UHGV virus genome: UHGV-0071990
DNA length: 18,057 nucleotides
Strand: one strand, 5' to 3'
From: a virus
Shown here in pieces: positions 5,966 to 14,686 of the stretch; the first letter of the stretch is position 1; each line of letters opens with the position of its first letter. The translations under genes were made by a program, and so were the position numbers. A model generated the notes under the pieces. The model made no database searches. It had not been told where the DNA came from and saw nothing but the letters and a program-made list of their open reading frames with translations.

Positions 5966-6943
5966 ACGATAAACAAGGCTGGTAACGCCGTCCAAAAGAC
6001 AGGTGATGACTTATCAGGTGGACTTACTTTTACAAACGATTCAGTCCTTGCTTGGGGGAGAAATACTGACAGCGCAAAAATCGGATTTAAAAATGATGCC
6101 GACAGCGACACTGATTCATACATGTGGTTTGAAACGGGAGATAACGGCAATGAATATTTCAAATGGAGAAGCAAACAAAGCACAACAACAAAAGACCTGA
6201 TGACGCTGAAATGGGATGCGCTAAATATTCTTGTTAATGCCATTGTAAATGGCGAAGTCATATCAAAATCAGCAAACGGCCTCCGTATTGCTTACGGTAA
6301 TTACGGATTCTTTATTCGTAATGATGGTTCAAACACATACTTCATGTTGACAAACTCCGGTGACAACATGGGGACTTATAACGGATTAAGGCCATTATGG
6401 ATTAATAACTCTACTGGCGCTGTTTCGATGGGGCGTGGCCTTAGTGTTTCAGGAGAGACATATTCAGACCGTTTTGCGATTAATAGCGGCAACTCCATGT
6501 GGGTTGATATGCGCAAACAGAATGTCATTTTTGGCCGTAATGCGGTATCTAACGACAGTGCCCAGGCATTGTTACGTCAGGACCATAAAGATCGCAAATT
6601 TATGATTGGCGGTCTGGGAAATAAGCAATTTGGCATCTACATGATTAATAACTCAAGGACAGCCAATGGTACTGACGGTCAGGCGTATATGGACAATAAC
6701 GGTAACTGGCTTTGTGGTTCACAAATTATTCCCGGAAATTATGGAAATTTTGATTCCCGCTATGTGCGTGACGTTCGTATGGGAGCTAACCAGAGCGGAA
6801 TAAAATGGGGTGGTGAAGGTGGAACACTCCCGGCGGGGTATGTTCTTACAGGAGGTAACTTTGATGATGACTGGGAGTGGCCTGTTTATGCGCCCGTCCA
6901 GAAATATATTAATGGTCAGTGGTACAATGTAGGACGTGCTTAA
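5954..6943 (+). CDS. Silent alternative tail-fiber C-terminal cassette (about 329 codons, no own start)
   Basis: The open frame begins at the crossover with [15 protein letters not shown], paralleling GLQETVNQAAGALQK in the expressed fiber. It ends with the conserved C-terminal motif [11 protein letters not shown] (expressed copy: INGTWYNAGSI). It has no upstream start or Shine-Dalgarno motif. Confidence 0.8.
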   Translation, partial: GLQETINKAGNAVQKTGDDLSGGLTFTNDSVLAWGRNTDSAKIGFKNDADSDTDSYMWFETGDNGNEYFKWRSKQSTTTKDLMTLKWDALNILVNAIVNGEVISKSANGLRIAYGNYGFFIRNDGSNTYFMLTNSGDNMGTYNGLRPLWINNSTGAVSMGRGLSVSGETYSDRFAINSGNSMWVDMRKQNVIFGRNAVSNDSAQALLRQDHKDRKFMIGGLGNKQFGIYMINNSRTANGTDGQAYMDNNGNWLCGSQIIPGNYGNFDSRYVRDVRMGANQSGIKWGGEGGTLPAGYVLTGGNFDDDWEWPVYAPVQKYINGQWYNVGRA

Positions 6944-6944
6944 T

Positions 6945-7472
6945 ATGCAGCATTTAAAAAATATTAAAGCAGGAAATCCAAAAACCATCGAACAGTATCA
7001 ACTTACAAAAGAATTTGATGTTGTCTGGTTATGGTCGGAAGACGGTAAGAACTGGTATGAGGAACAAAAGAATTTTCAGCCAGACACGTTAAAAATGGCA
7101 TATAACCAGGAGGGTATTATTTGCTGCATAGAGAAAGACGTATCCCTGATTAACCCGGAGGGAATGAGTGTGATTGAGTTACCCAATATTACGGCAAACC
7201 GACGCGCTGATATTTCCGGCAACTGGATGATTAAGGATGGTGCTGTAATTAAAAGAGTCTATACAGAAGATGAATTACAACAGCAGGCTGAATCACAAAA
7301 AGCAGCTTTGCTTTCCGAAGCTGAATCAGTCATCCGGCTGCTGGAACGTGCCGCCAGGATGAATCTGGCAACAGATGAGGAACGTACACGGCTGGATGGC
7401 TGGGAACGCTACAGCGTTCTGCTCAGCCGCGTGGATACGGCAAATCCAGAATGGCCACAAAAGCCTGAATAA
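6945..7472 (+). CDS. tfa: Tail fiber assembly chaperone, cognate to the silent cassette
   Basis: [20 protein letters not shown]... is closely paralogous to the 7499..8032 protein (shared [40 protein letters not shown] motifs). It starts 2 nt after the cassette stop. Confidence 0.85.
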   Translation: MQHLKNIKAGNPKTIEQYQLTKEFDVVWLWSEDGKNWYEEQKNFQPDTLKMAYNQEGIICCIEKDVSLINPEGMSVIELPNITANRRADISGNWMIKDGAVIKRVYTEDELQQQAESQKAALLSEAESVIRLLERAARMNLATDEERTRLDGWERYSVLLSRVDTANPEWPQKPE

Positions 7473-7477
7473 AAAAT

Positions 7478-7495
7478 AAGGCCCGAACGGGCCTT
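7478..7495. terminator. Bidirectional hairpin terminator between the convergent tail-fiber assembly genes
   Basis: AAGGCCC-gaac-GGGCCTT with an A-run upstream and T-rich sequence downstream. Confidence 0.5.
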
Positions 7496-7498
7496 CTC

Positions 7499-8032
7499 TC
7501 ATTCTGGTTGTTCGGGGAACGTGACTGGCAGGACGGAGGTATCCGTAGACTCTACTTTCTGCGCGTAGAGCAGCCACTCGGTCAATTTTTGTTTATTCTC
7601 AGCAGAAATAATTCCAAGTCGTAGCTGAGAATCCCATAGCTGAGTTTTATCCCTGACGAGTTGTAACAGGTTTTGCTTCTCATTTTCCGCCTGTTGTCTC
7701 TGTTCTTCTTCGGTATATTCCCGCTTTATCACTGCGCCATCTTTGAACATCCAGTTACCAGAAATATCGACTCGCCTATTGGCTGTAATATCAGGAACCT
7801 CAACAACGCTTAAACCTTCAGGATTAATTGTCGATACATCCTTATCTACAGCCACAATGATTCCATCGGCAGTGTAAGCAAATTTTATTGTATCTTCCTG
7901 AAAGTTTTTCTGTTCCTCATACCAGTTTCTATCGTCATTAGAATACAACCAGACAACACCAAATTGTCGTGTTAATTCATATTGCTCTACGGTTTTGGGA
8001 TTTCCTGATTTGATATTTTTTAAATGCATCAT
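7499..8032 (-). CDS. tfa: Tail fiber assembly chaperone, cognate to the expressed fiber C-terminus
   Basis: MMHLKNIKSGNPKTVEQYEL... is paralogous to the 6945..7472 protein. It lies 2 nt downstream of the tail fiber stop. Confidence 0.85.
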   Translation of the reverse strand: MMHLKNIKSGNPKTVEQYELTRQFGVVWLYSNDDRNWYEEQKNFQEDTIKFAYTADGIIVAVDKDVSTINPEGLSVVEVPDITANRRVDISGNWMFKDGAVIKREYTEEEQRQQAENEKQNLLQLVRDKTQLWDSQLRLGIISAENKQKLTEWLLYAQKVESTDTSVLPVTFPEQPE

Positions 8033-8034
8033 AA

Positions 8035-10347
8035 TTAAATACTTCCCGCATTATACCAGGTGCCATTGATACAATATTGCACTGGCCTTGCCTGTGTTGT
8101 ATCAATAAGTTCATCTTTGTTTGAGTTAACGGAACCTGTAACAACGTAACCAGATTTATCGCCCCAGCCCGGACCATTCCATGTTTGCGCTGATGATTTT
8201 GTACCTAATCGAATACCTGTAATAAATCGTGAATTACATTCCGCTTTAGTATATGCCCCAACATCTGCTGCTGAAGGTTTTCTGGTTGTGGTGTAAAACT
8301 CTGACCAGTCAGCCTCGAAGCCATAACCATCACGCGCTGAACGATAATAAATCCCACCGTTCTTATAATTTACGCGGAACTGTACAGCAGGGCAGCTCCC
8401 CGCGTTCATATTGAAGTGGAGGATTAATGTCGATGCGCCACCAATATTTGCGTTATATACCCCGCTATTCCAGTTCCAGCCAACAGCTTTATCATTTCCG
8501 ACAGTGCTTCCTGTTATCCCTAAAGCAAAAGCGGCCTGCTGATTTTTCGTGTTGTAGTCACGTCGCCAGCCAGGTAAATACTCTGAACCATGGTTAATAT
8601 ATATAAATTGTGCATTAGTGGTGCCACCACCGCTAGAGGTACTCGGTGTGGTTATACGAATGGTCATGGCGCCTTTATGGCCCATAACTTCAATAACACA
8701 ACCCGCAAGGTGAATAAGTCCACATCCGGTGTCAGTAATAATTTTATTATTGCCGTATGACCATGAGCATTTACACAGCCAGTATGGATGATTGAAGGCC
8801 CATTGAGATTCCAGCCATTCGATAAATTGTGCCGTTGTCCAGTTCCCTGCTCCTGTGCTGATAGAGCTATGAAAAGAGCGGCAAGCACCTATTGTTTGCG
8901 TAAATTTATCTTTGTTTGGAATATCTGCGCCGTTCTGGTCTTTCTGCAATGCGCCAGCGGCCTGATTTACCGTTTCCTGCAAACCGAGGTATTCGATAAC
9001 GGCGGCAACGGTCGCTTTAGCCAGAATATCCCGCCCGACTTTTGTCAGAGTTGCCAGGCTGGCGGTGTCATTCCCTGTAAAATACGGAAACCTGTCTGCC
9101 GCAGTAGCAAGCCCGGCCAGCGCCGTCAGGGTGGCGTCTTTCGGCTGCTTGCCCGCAAGCGCGTTGGTCATAGTGGTCGCAAAGTTCGGGTCATTGCCCA
9201 GTGCCGCAGCCAGCTCGTTCAGCGTATTCAGTGCGTCAGGTGATGAGTCTACAAGTGCGGCAATCGCGGCCATAACGAACGCCGTGTTTGCTATCTGAGT
9301 ATTGTTAGTACCCTTTGGCGCAGTTGGTGTTGTTGGCGTTCCGGTCAGTGCCGGGCTGTTCAGGGGCGCTTTCTTGTTCGTTTCATCCATTACCGCCTTA
9401 ACCGCTTTCGATGTTGCGGCCAGTGTTTCAGACGTGCTGTTGGTCGCACTACTAAGCTGAGTGATGCCTCTTACTGTCAGTGAAGCTACAGGCACATTTG
9501 TAATCTGATTCCACGAATGCGTGTGATTGGAAGGAGCCTTTCCGGCCGCAAGATCATACGCTTCCTTAACAGCCTTTGGTGTTGCTGCTAGCGTTTCAGA
9601 CGTGCTATTGGTAGCGCTACTGAGCTGAACAATCCCTTTTCGCGCTGTGGTAGCGTCCTGTGCGGTGTATTTGCTATTAGCCAGGTCATATGCCTCCTTA
9701 ACAGCCTTAGGCGTCGCAGCAAGCTTTTCAGACGCGCTATTGGTGGCGCTACTAAGTTGAACAAAGCCTTTTGAGGTTAAAGTTGCATCAGGATGATTAC
9801 GTGATTGCTCATGTTTCACAATGGCTTGCTTAAGCCGCTTTGCTGAAACAGCAAGGGAATCATCTGTACCTGCATCAATTTCTTGTTCATTAGCAAATCT
9901 TGCTACCCCAACAACAGTTTCGGTCGCGGGAGGATTAATAAACTCAATATCACCAAATGTAATATTTTTAGTATCAAGAGTCTTAATTGCTATATCACTT
10001 GATATTAAAGCGATAGTAGATGATGCTTTATTTATTATTGCTTGTTCTTGTGAGTATACAGCAAACAAGGTTCCCTTATTCGTATACAATCCTATTGTAT
10101 GGACAACATACTCATCTTTACTATCATCCTTCGCCGTTACATGAATTGTATCAGGGGAAACAACTTTGCCACCTATTGTAGTAAGTCGTTTTATTTCGTT
10201 TGTTATATTTGTTTGTGAGGTTGACGTGACATAATATCTACTACCTAAACCAACAGAAACAATCTCAACTTTATTTGTTCCTGTTTTGTTGGCATTAACC
10301 AGCTCCTGACGCCCGGCATCAGTCATCGTAAATAATAATTTACTCAC
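8035..10347 (-). CDS. Phage tail fiber protein (770 aa) in its currently expressed orientation; constant region to about codon 454, variable C-terminus inside the invertible segment
   Basis: A long ORF directly after the gpI-like gene, with internal tandem repeats typical of fibers. The crossover site lies in-frame at codon 454 (IEY-L-GLQET). It is followed by a tail-fiber assembly gene. Confidence 0.9.
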   Translation of the reverse strand: MSKLLFTMTDAGRQELVNANKTGTNKVEIVSVGLGSRYYVTSTSQTNITNEIKRLTTIGGKVVSPDTIHVTAKDDSKDEYVVHTIGLYTNKGTLFAVYSQEQAIINKASSTIALISSDIAIKTLDTKNITFGDIEFINPPATETVVGVARFANEQEIDAGTDDSLAVSAKRLKQAIVKHEQSRNHPDATLTSKGFVQLSSATNSASEKLAATPKAVKEAYDLANSKYTAQDATTARKGIVQLSSATNSTSETLAATPKAVKEAYDLAAGKAPSNHTHSWNQITNVPVASLTVRGITQLSSATNSTSETLAATSKAVKAVMDETNKKAPLNSPALTGTPTTPTAPKGTNNTQIANTAFVMAAIAALVDSSPDALNTLNELAAALGNDPNFATTMTNALAGKQPKDATLTALAGLATAADRFPYFTGNDTASLATLTKVGRDILAKATVAAVIEYLGLQETVNQAAGALQKDQNGADIPNKDKFTQTIGACRSFHSSISTGAGNWTTAQFIEWLESQWAFNHPYWLCKCSWSYGNNKIITDTGCGLIHLAGCVIEVMGHKGAMTIRITTPSTSSGGGTTNAQFIYINHGSEYLPGWRRDYNTKNQQAAFALGITGSTVGNDKAVGWNWNSGVYNANIGGASTLILHFNMNAGSCPAVQFRVNYKNGGIYYRSARDGYGFEADWSEFYTTTRKPSAADVGAYTKAECNSRFITGIRLGTKSSAQTWNGPGWGDKSGYVVTGSVNSNKDELIDTTQARPVQYCINGTWYNAGSI
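8974..8999. promoter_or_regulatory. 26-bp invertase crossover site 2, core GA at 8986-8987, inside the tail fiber coding sequence
   Basis: TTCCTGCAAACC-GA-GGTATTCGATAA. Bases 8971-8990 are the exact reverse complement of 5949-5968. Confidence 0.8.
9390..9790. repeat. Three imperfect tandem repeats (about 140-160 bp each) within the tail fiber constant region
   Basis: The DNA motif ccttaac(a/c)gc...gtttcagacg(t/c)gct(a/g)ttgg...gc(a/g)ctact(a/g)ag(c/t)tga recurs near 9398, 9557 and 9698. It encodes the repeated peptide QLSSATNS(A/T)SE(K/T)LAAT(P/S)KAVK. Confidence 0.6.
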
Positions 10348-10377
10348 GTTTAATTCCTTGAATTAACACATTGCGAA

Positions 10378-10959
10378 TTAGCACTCGCCAATTAATCGTA
10401 CATAAGACACAGGCTGACAAGCACCAACAATACCGACACCACCAGAAACATTGGCAGCTTGCGAAAATGTAAATAATGTTCTTGCCGACTTTGCGCTCTT
10501 GATACTTCTTAACGTATCTTCCAACATCTCTTTCGAAGGAACGGCACCATCAAAAGAGTTAATCGAAGCAACAATTGAGGCTGTATATGGTTCGCCAGGT
10601 GGTGATGTTTCAAACCATTCTGTTATGTTTACTTCTCCACCCAAACTATTTACTACATCTTCAACTGCTGCCCGTGTGCCCTTTATTCGCTTTGTTCGTA
10701 TTATTGATTTAAAAACAGAACGCTTTAACGATACAGGCCAACTATCCCTCCATGTGTCAGCATTCCATTGCCAGGCTAAATGGTCGAGAACAACTGAGTC
10801 AAGGTTATCAACAGCGCTATATATTTCTGTCTTATATATTAAATTGTTAATTGCTTGTAGTTCATCATCAATAGCTTTCGACATAGCTATTACGTTGGGA
10901 TCTCTAGCTAAGTTAGGAGGTAAAACATCTAACAAGCTAACATTAAAGATATCAGCCAT
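10378..10959 (-). CDS. Tail/baseplate protein, P2 gpI-like (YmfQ/DUF2313-like), 193 aa
   Basis: It sits between the baseplate J gene and the tail fiber gene, overlapping J by 8 bp. Size and position fit the gpI-like family. The assignment rests on synteny and general resemblance. Confidence 0.7.
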   Translation of the reverse strand: MADIFNVSLLDVLPPNLARDPNVIAMSKAIDDELQAINNLIYKTEIYSAVDNLDSVVLDHLAWQWNADTWRDSWPVSLKRSVFKSIIRTKRIKGTRAAVEDVVNSLGGEVNITEWFETSPPGEPYTASIVASINSFDGAVPSKEMLEDTLRSIKSAKSARTLFTFSQAANVSGGVGIVGACQPVSYVRLIGEC

Positions 10960-12076
10960 CCTCTAACCCCGCATACTGGCAATTTATGTTTCTCTCTCTG
11001 GCAACCTGCGTCTCTCCAACTACAGTAAATACAGGACTTGATATTTCTAATCTCTTAGCCCCGGCATTTTTCAAACGTTGAATAATTTCATCTGGATTTA
11101 TATCTCTTCCCATAACAGAACGTTGCCATTGTTTATACTCATCAATAGCTTTCTCGACCTCACTTTGAATTAATGTTGTTCGGTTTTTATCCGATGAGTT
11201 AATCCAGTATTTAATTATTATATCGTATTCAATGGTATCTGGTTTCTTAACAAGAACTTTATCTGTGAATGGCCGAATATTAGTTGCCGAGAGGACGCTA
11301 TTTATCTGCTCTAATAATTCATCAGATGGTATATCTCCATTCTCTAGCAAAGAACGGATTTCTACAGTTCCTGGAGATGGTGTATATACATTCACATCCT
11401 TTATATTCTGATTTGCTGTTCTTGTCCAATATTTATAAGAATCCTCTGGCCCTGCTGTAGATAGTTTTTCCGGCGATAATTTTATTCTTTCAGCATAATT
11501 ATTATCTGACTCTATATCGGCACCAGAATTAGATGTTGTTAAATTCCTTACGCTGGAAACATACGGTAATGGAGTCACCAACTCGTTAATTTGCCCAGGT
11601 AAAAAACCATTCCCTGATGAGCCAGGTATAAGAGCATATCCAGAGACTGTACCAACTGTTTTTCCTGCGGGGATTTCCAACAATATATCTGTTTGGAAAA
11701 TAACACCATTTCCAGTTGAAACCTGAGTACCAGCAGGGATTGTATATATCCCTGACAATTTTGTTGACAGATTAAACTCAAATGTAGTTAATGCAGATTG
11801 AGCCTCCAACCTAGGTGTATCCGTCAGATGGCCTATATGGTCGAGATATTCACCTTCACCATATGTAAGAAGATTTTGTTTTGCAGAAAAATCGATAGCT
11901 TTTCTTTGCTGTATAATAACCTCACACAATGACAAGATGAATAATCTACGTGGATCAGCAGGTGCTAATGTTTCATCTGTTATACTCTCAAAAGCCCTGA
12001 TTGCACGAGTTGTTATATCAGTCGGGTTAGAATCTGCGAAAGTAATATCTGGCAAACCACCGCGCGGCAACTTCAT
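10952..12076 (-). CDS. Baseplate J-like protein (374 aa)
   Basis: Size and position immediately after the gp25/W-like gene, with a 4-bp overlap (ATGA-type coupling). The sequence is consistent with the baseplate J family. Confidence 0.8.
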   Translation of the reverse strand: MKLPRGGLPDITFADSNPTDITTRAIRAFESITDETLAPADPRRLFILSLCEVIIQQRKAIDFSAKQNLLTYGEGEYLDHIGHLTDTPRLEAQSALTTFEFNLSTKLSGIYTIPAGTQVSTGNGVIFQTDILLEIPAGKTVGTVSGYALIPGSSGNGFLPGQINELVTPLPYVSSVRNLTTSNSGADIESDNNYAERIKLSPEKLSTAGPEDSYKYWTRTANQNIKDVNVYTPSPGTVEIRSLLENGDIPSDELLEQINSVLSATNIRPFTDKVLVKKPDTIEYDIIIKYWINSSDKNRTTLIQSEVEKAIDEYKQWQRSVMGRDINPDEIIQRLKNAGAKRLEISSPVFTVVGETQVARERNINCQYAGLEDG

Positions 12077-12393
12077 TCTCTAACTCCTATCACCAGTTTT
12101 GGCCTAATAAAACCATCAGAAACGTCCGTCCTTTCAAAAGTAACAGAATGGATGATAGCTCTAGGCTCAAACTCACTAATTTTTTGAATTATTTCTCGTG
12201 TTGCTGTAGCAATAAAAATTGGACTTGGGCTATCAACAAAACTTGAATTAATTCCTAATTTTCTGGCATATGGTACGGTGCCAATCTGAGTGTTAATAAT
12301 AGTAGAGACATTTTGCAAAACTTCTTCTACAACTGTTTTTGGCGACCAATCAATCAAGTAAGAAGATGATGGTACGGTAAACATATTATTCAT
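12073..12393 (-). CDS. Baseplate wedge protein, gp25/gpW-like (106 aa)
   Basis: Size of about 105 aa and position upstream of J. The sequence is consistent with the GPW/gp25 lysozyme-like baseplate family. Confidence 0.75.
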   Translation of the reverse strand: MNNMFTVPSSSYLIDWSPKTVVEEVLQNVSTIINTQIGTVPYARKLGINSSFVDSPSPIFIATATREIIQKISEFEPRAIIHSVTFERTDVSDGFIRPKLVIGVRE

Positions 12394-12857
12394 AATAATT
12401 TACCTAACACACTTCGAGTTTTTGATTCTATATTGCCAGCAATATCAACTAATGCTTCTTTCAGCGAGGTCTGTCCGACTTCCTGTAATTTAATGCCGAC
12501 GATAATCACTCGTGGATTCCCAGTTGGACCGAAATAAGTCCATGACTCCTCTATATCTGTAATTATAAAATTACCAAAATACTGAATACCAATTACAACA
12601 GGATTTACTTCCTGAATTGATTGCATTGTCCTAAGTAATGAAAGCGCAGCCAATGGAACAATGCCAAGTGTTGTATCCAACCGCATGTTAAAACTAACTT
12701 CATCCAGATCGGGACCTATATCCTCCAGAACAGGTTTAAGCCCAATAACATCATGGCGCGCCACACGACGCTTTGACGTCCTTTTAAAATTATTGAACGT
12801 ATTCACCACTATTGATGAAGCAAAAAAAGGCATTGTACCAAGCATACCCACAATCAT
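12390..12857 (-). CDS. Tail/baseplate-associated protein of unknown function (155 aa)
   Basis: ORF translationally coupled (4-bp overlaps) to gpV-like upstream and gp25-like downstream. I recognise no family. The true start may be internal. Confidence 0.55.
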   Translation of the reverse strand: MIVGMLGTMPFFASSIVVNTFNNFKRTSKRRVARHDVIGLKPVLEDIGPDLDEVSFNMRLDTTLGIVPLAALSLLRTMQSIQEVNPVVIGIQYFGNFIITDIEESWTYFGPTGNPRVIIVGIKLQEVGQTSLKEALVDIAGNIESKTRSVLGKLL

Positions 12858-13474
12858 GCCTGAGCCTCCGTTGTCGGAGCGTATTCTCCCTGAGCTGTGT
12901 GATGGTGGGCTTTAGATTTAATCCCATCAACATCTATATCACCACCAACAACCTTAACATTTCCAGAAATTGTAGCTGCAACTCCTCCAGCAGAAGATCC
13001 TTTCATTCCACCCTTGAAGGTTAGTAATCCTTCAACTGTAGCATTTCCGGTAATGATAGTTTCTGGAGCATCAATAGTTACGGTTCCTGTAGCCTTAACG
13101 GTTACATCTCCGACAGCATCAACAATGAGTAAGTTAGATTCTCTGTCTATCTCAATACGAGTTCCGTTATTAAATCTAATAACGCGTTTATTAACAGTAT
13201 TAGATGGCGGTTTCTGTGTTTCATCATAAAAACTACCAAGAATAAAACCTTGTTGCGGCCCCGCGGGATGAAAGATACACAAGACTTGTTCACCAATATC
13301 TGGCATCCAGTAATCAGCATTCTTATCTGTATTTTTCACAATAACTGATAACTTTGCCGAAGTGACGTTATCCTGATCATCGAAAGTAACTCTTGCCGTA
13401 ACATCACTATCATCAATATCAGAAACAACGCCAATTCTTATAGTCTGACGTAATAATGTTTCTAAATCGTTCAT
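12854..13474 (-). CDS. Baseplate spike/assembly protein, gpV-like (206 aa)
   Basis: Size, position after the hub gene, and a C-terminal beta-rich region ending in an HHH motif (TVKATGTVTIDAPETIITGNATVEG...KAHHHT), typical of gpV/Mu gp45-type spikes. Confidence 0.75.
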   Translation of the reverse strand: MNDLETLLRQTIRIGVVSDIDDSDVTARVTFDDQDNVTSAKLSVIVKNTDKNADYWMPDIGEQVLCIFHPAGPQQGFILGSFYDETQKPPSNTVNKRVIRFNNGTRIEIDRESNLLIVDAVGDVTVKATGTVTIDAPETIITGNATVEGLLTFKGGMKGSSAGGVAATISGNVKVVGGDIDVDGIKSKAHHHTAQGEYAPTTEAQA

Positions 13475-13476
13475 AA

Positions 13477-14478
13477 TTAATACCCATTAATTACTCTTCG
13501 GACATCAATCGAGGTGGTATAACCACTAACCCCAATTGAATGTGCAGCTTTCGATATAAGATATTTTCCAGAAAATGAACCGAATCCGTCCAGATTTATA
13601 GTTACACCAGCTACCAGCCTAGTGTCTCCAACCAATACTAAAGACCCGGTATTTTGATATCTATTTTTAAGCCGCAAAGCGGCCTTTGCCTTACGTTTTG
13701 CTTCATCTAAATTAGCTACCACTTTTCTTATTTTAAGATTTGACCCTTCTTCTATGGATGGATCTACCCAAGTATATGAAAGCGATTTTCTTTTCTTCGG
13801 AATACGATATTTACATGTACAACTTTTATACAAATCCGTAGATTGTGTGCTAAAGCTATATCTTATTATCTCATCAACGCCTAATGTAAGCGTGGCGATA
13901 GGATCTCTTTGCTCAAACATCTCTTGAGCAAATATCACTAATTGGGTATCAGTAACCTTTAACGATAGCCCTTCATCCTGGCAAAGCCGATGGAGAAATT
14001 TTAAATCGCTTTCCTCAGTCTGATCTTCACGCGCATAATATGGATTACTATCCTTATCAATAAGAAACAACAATTCAATATTAGCTAATTTAGCTATAGA
14101 TGCAGCAATATCTTTGAGTGTTGTCTTTTCCCATGCATTACTTTTTAAATTACGTCTGATTCCTGACGACACAGGAACAGAAACAGCTGTAACCTCAACA
14201 ACAGAAGGAGGACCAGAACAAGTTACACCATCTACCTGGAATTTCCCGCACTCAAGAACGATTTGATTAATCGGCTTAAAGTTTAAATCAATAAAATCAC
14301 CCTTTTTAGGTGTCCAGTCTCCAGACCATTTTCCATCATCATTTTTTAATGTAATAGATATATCATCGACCTGACCATCTTCATTATCCGTATAAGATAT
14401 TGATAAAATATCAGGCGACATATGAGCGGTAATATTTACATTCTGATATATAACATCAAAAAGCGTTTTACGTAACAC
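13477..14478 (-). CDS. Baseplate hub protein, P2 gpD-like (late control D family), 333 aa
   Basis: Position between the LysM-like X gene and the gpV-like gene, as in P2/PBSX-type tail modules. Family assignment is by synteny and size. Confidence 0.65.
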   Translation of the reverse strand: MLRKTLFDVIYQNVNITAHMSPDILSISYTDNEDGQVDDISITLKNDDGKWSGDWTPKKGDFIDLNFKPINQIVLECGKFQVDGVTCSGPPSVVEVTAVSVPVSSGIRRNLKSNAWEKTTLKDIAASIAKLANIELLFLIDKDSNPYYAREDQTEESDLKFLHRLCQDEGLSLKVTDTQLVIFAQEMFEQRDPIATLTLGVDEIIRYSFSTQSTDLYKSCTCKYRIPKKRKSLSYTWVDPSIEEGSNLKIRKVVANLDEAKRKAKAALRLKNRYQNTGSLVLVGDTRLVAGVTINLDGFGSFSGKYLISKAAHSIGVSGYTTSIDVRRVINGY

Positions 14479-14686
14479 TATTGCGTCTCCACGGAGGCAA
14501 ATTGTTTACTGCTGTTGGCATATCTGGAGCATCAGGAACTTTAAGAATAATTCCCGCAGAAAAAAGCACCGTAAAACGGTGCTCTGTATTAGCATCAATC
14601 AGAAGGTAAGACAGGTACTCATTACCATATAACTTTAATGCGATACTATCCCATGAATCCCCCTGAACCGTTCTGTAATCATCCAA
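14468..14686 (-). CDS. Tail protein X-like (LysM-like), 72 aa
   Basis: YRTVQGDSWDSIALKLYG...LIDAN...ILKVPD follows the P2 gpX/LysM pattern. It overlaps the tape-measure stop by 8 bp. Confidence 0.7.
   Translation of the reverse strand: MDDYRTVQGDSWDSIALKLYGNEYLSYLLIDANTEHRFTVLFSAGIILKVPDAPDMPTAVNNLPPWRRNSVT

Larger units (their letters stand above)
5954..8985. mobile_element. Invertible DNA segment (about 3.0 kb) carrying alternative tail-fiber C-termini and their chaperones
   Basis: It is bounded by inverted 26-bp crossover sites with an adjacent invertase gene. It contains two opposed cassettes, each a tail-fiber C-terminus plus a tail-fiber assembly gene. The reading frame is preserved across the crossover in both orientations. 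Confidence 0.8.

Noticed and set aside
5881-8177. ORFs 5881..6261 (-), 6003..6200 (+), 6719..6988 (-), 7326..7577 (-), 7977..8177 (-)
   Set aside because: They overlap the tail-fiber cassettes and tail-fiber assembly genes in alternative frames or strands, with hydrophobic or low-complexity translations.
5321-8999. Hin-type arrangement (invertase inside the invertible segment, promoter flip)
   Set aside because: The invertase lies outside the segment, and the crossover site sits inside a coding sequence in frame. This is a Gin/Cin/Pin-type C-terminal exchange, not a promoter switch.
8664-10144. ORFs 8664..8888 (-), 8788..9243 (+), 9065..9298 (+), 9821..10144 (+) within the tail fiber gene
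   Set aside because: Shadow ORFs of a long GC-balanced gene; Cys/Arg/Ala-rich translations.
10451-13229. Plus-strand ORFs 10451..10966, 12661..12915, 12812..13024, 13014..13229 and the minus-strand ORF 11575..11781
   Set aside because: All lie inside the tightly packed, translationally coupled minus-strand tail operon, antisense or out of frame to it. No start signals.
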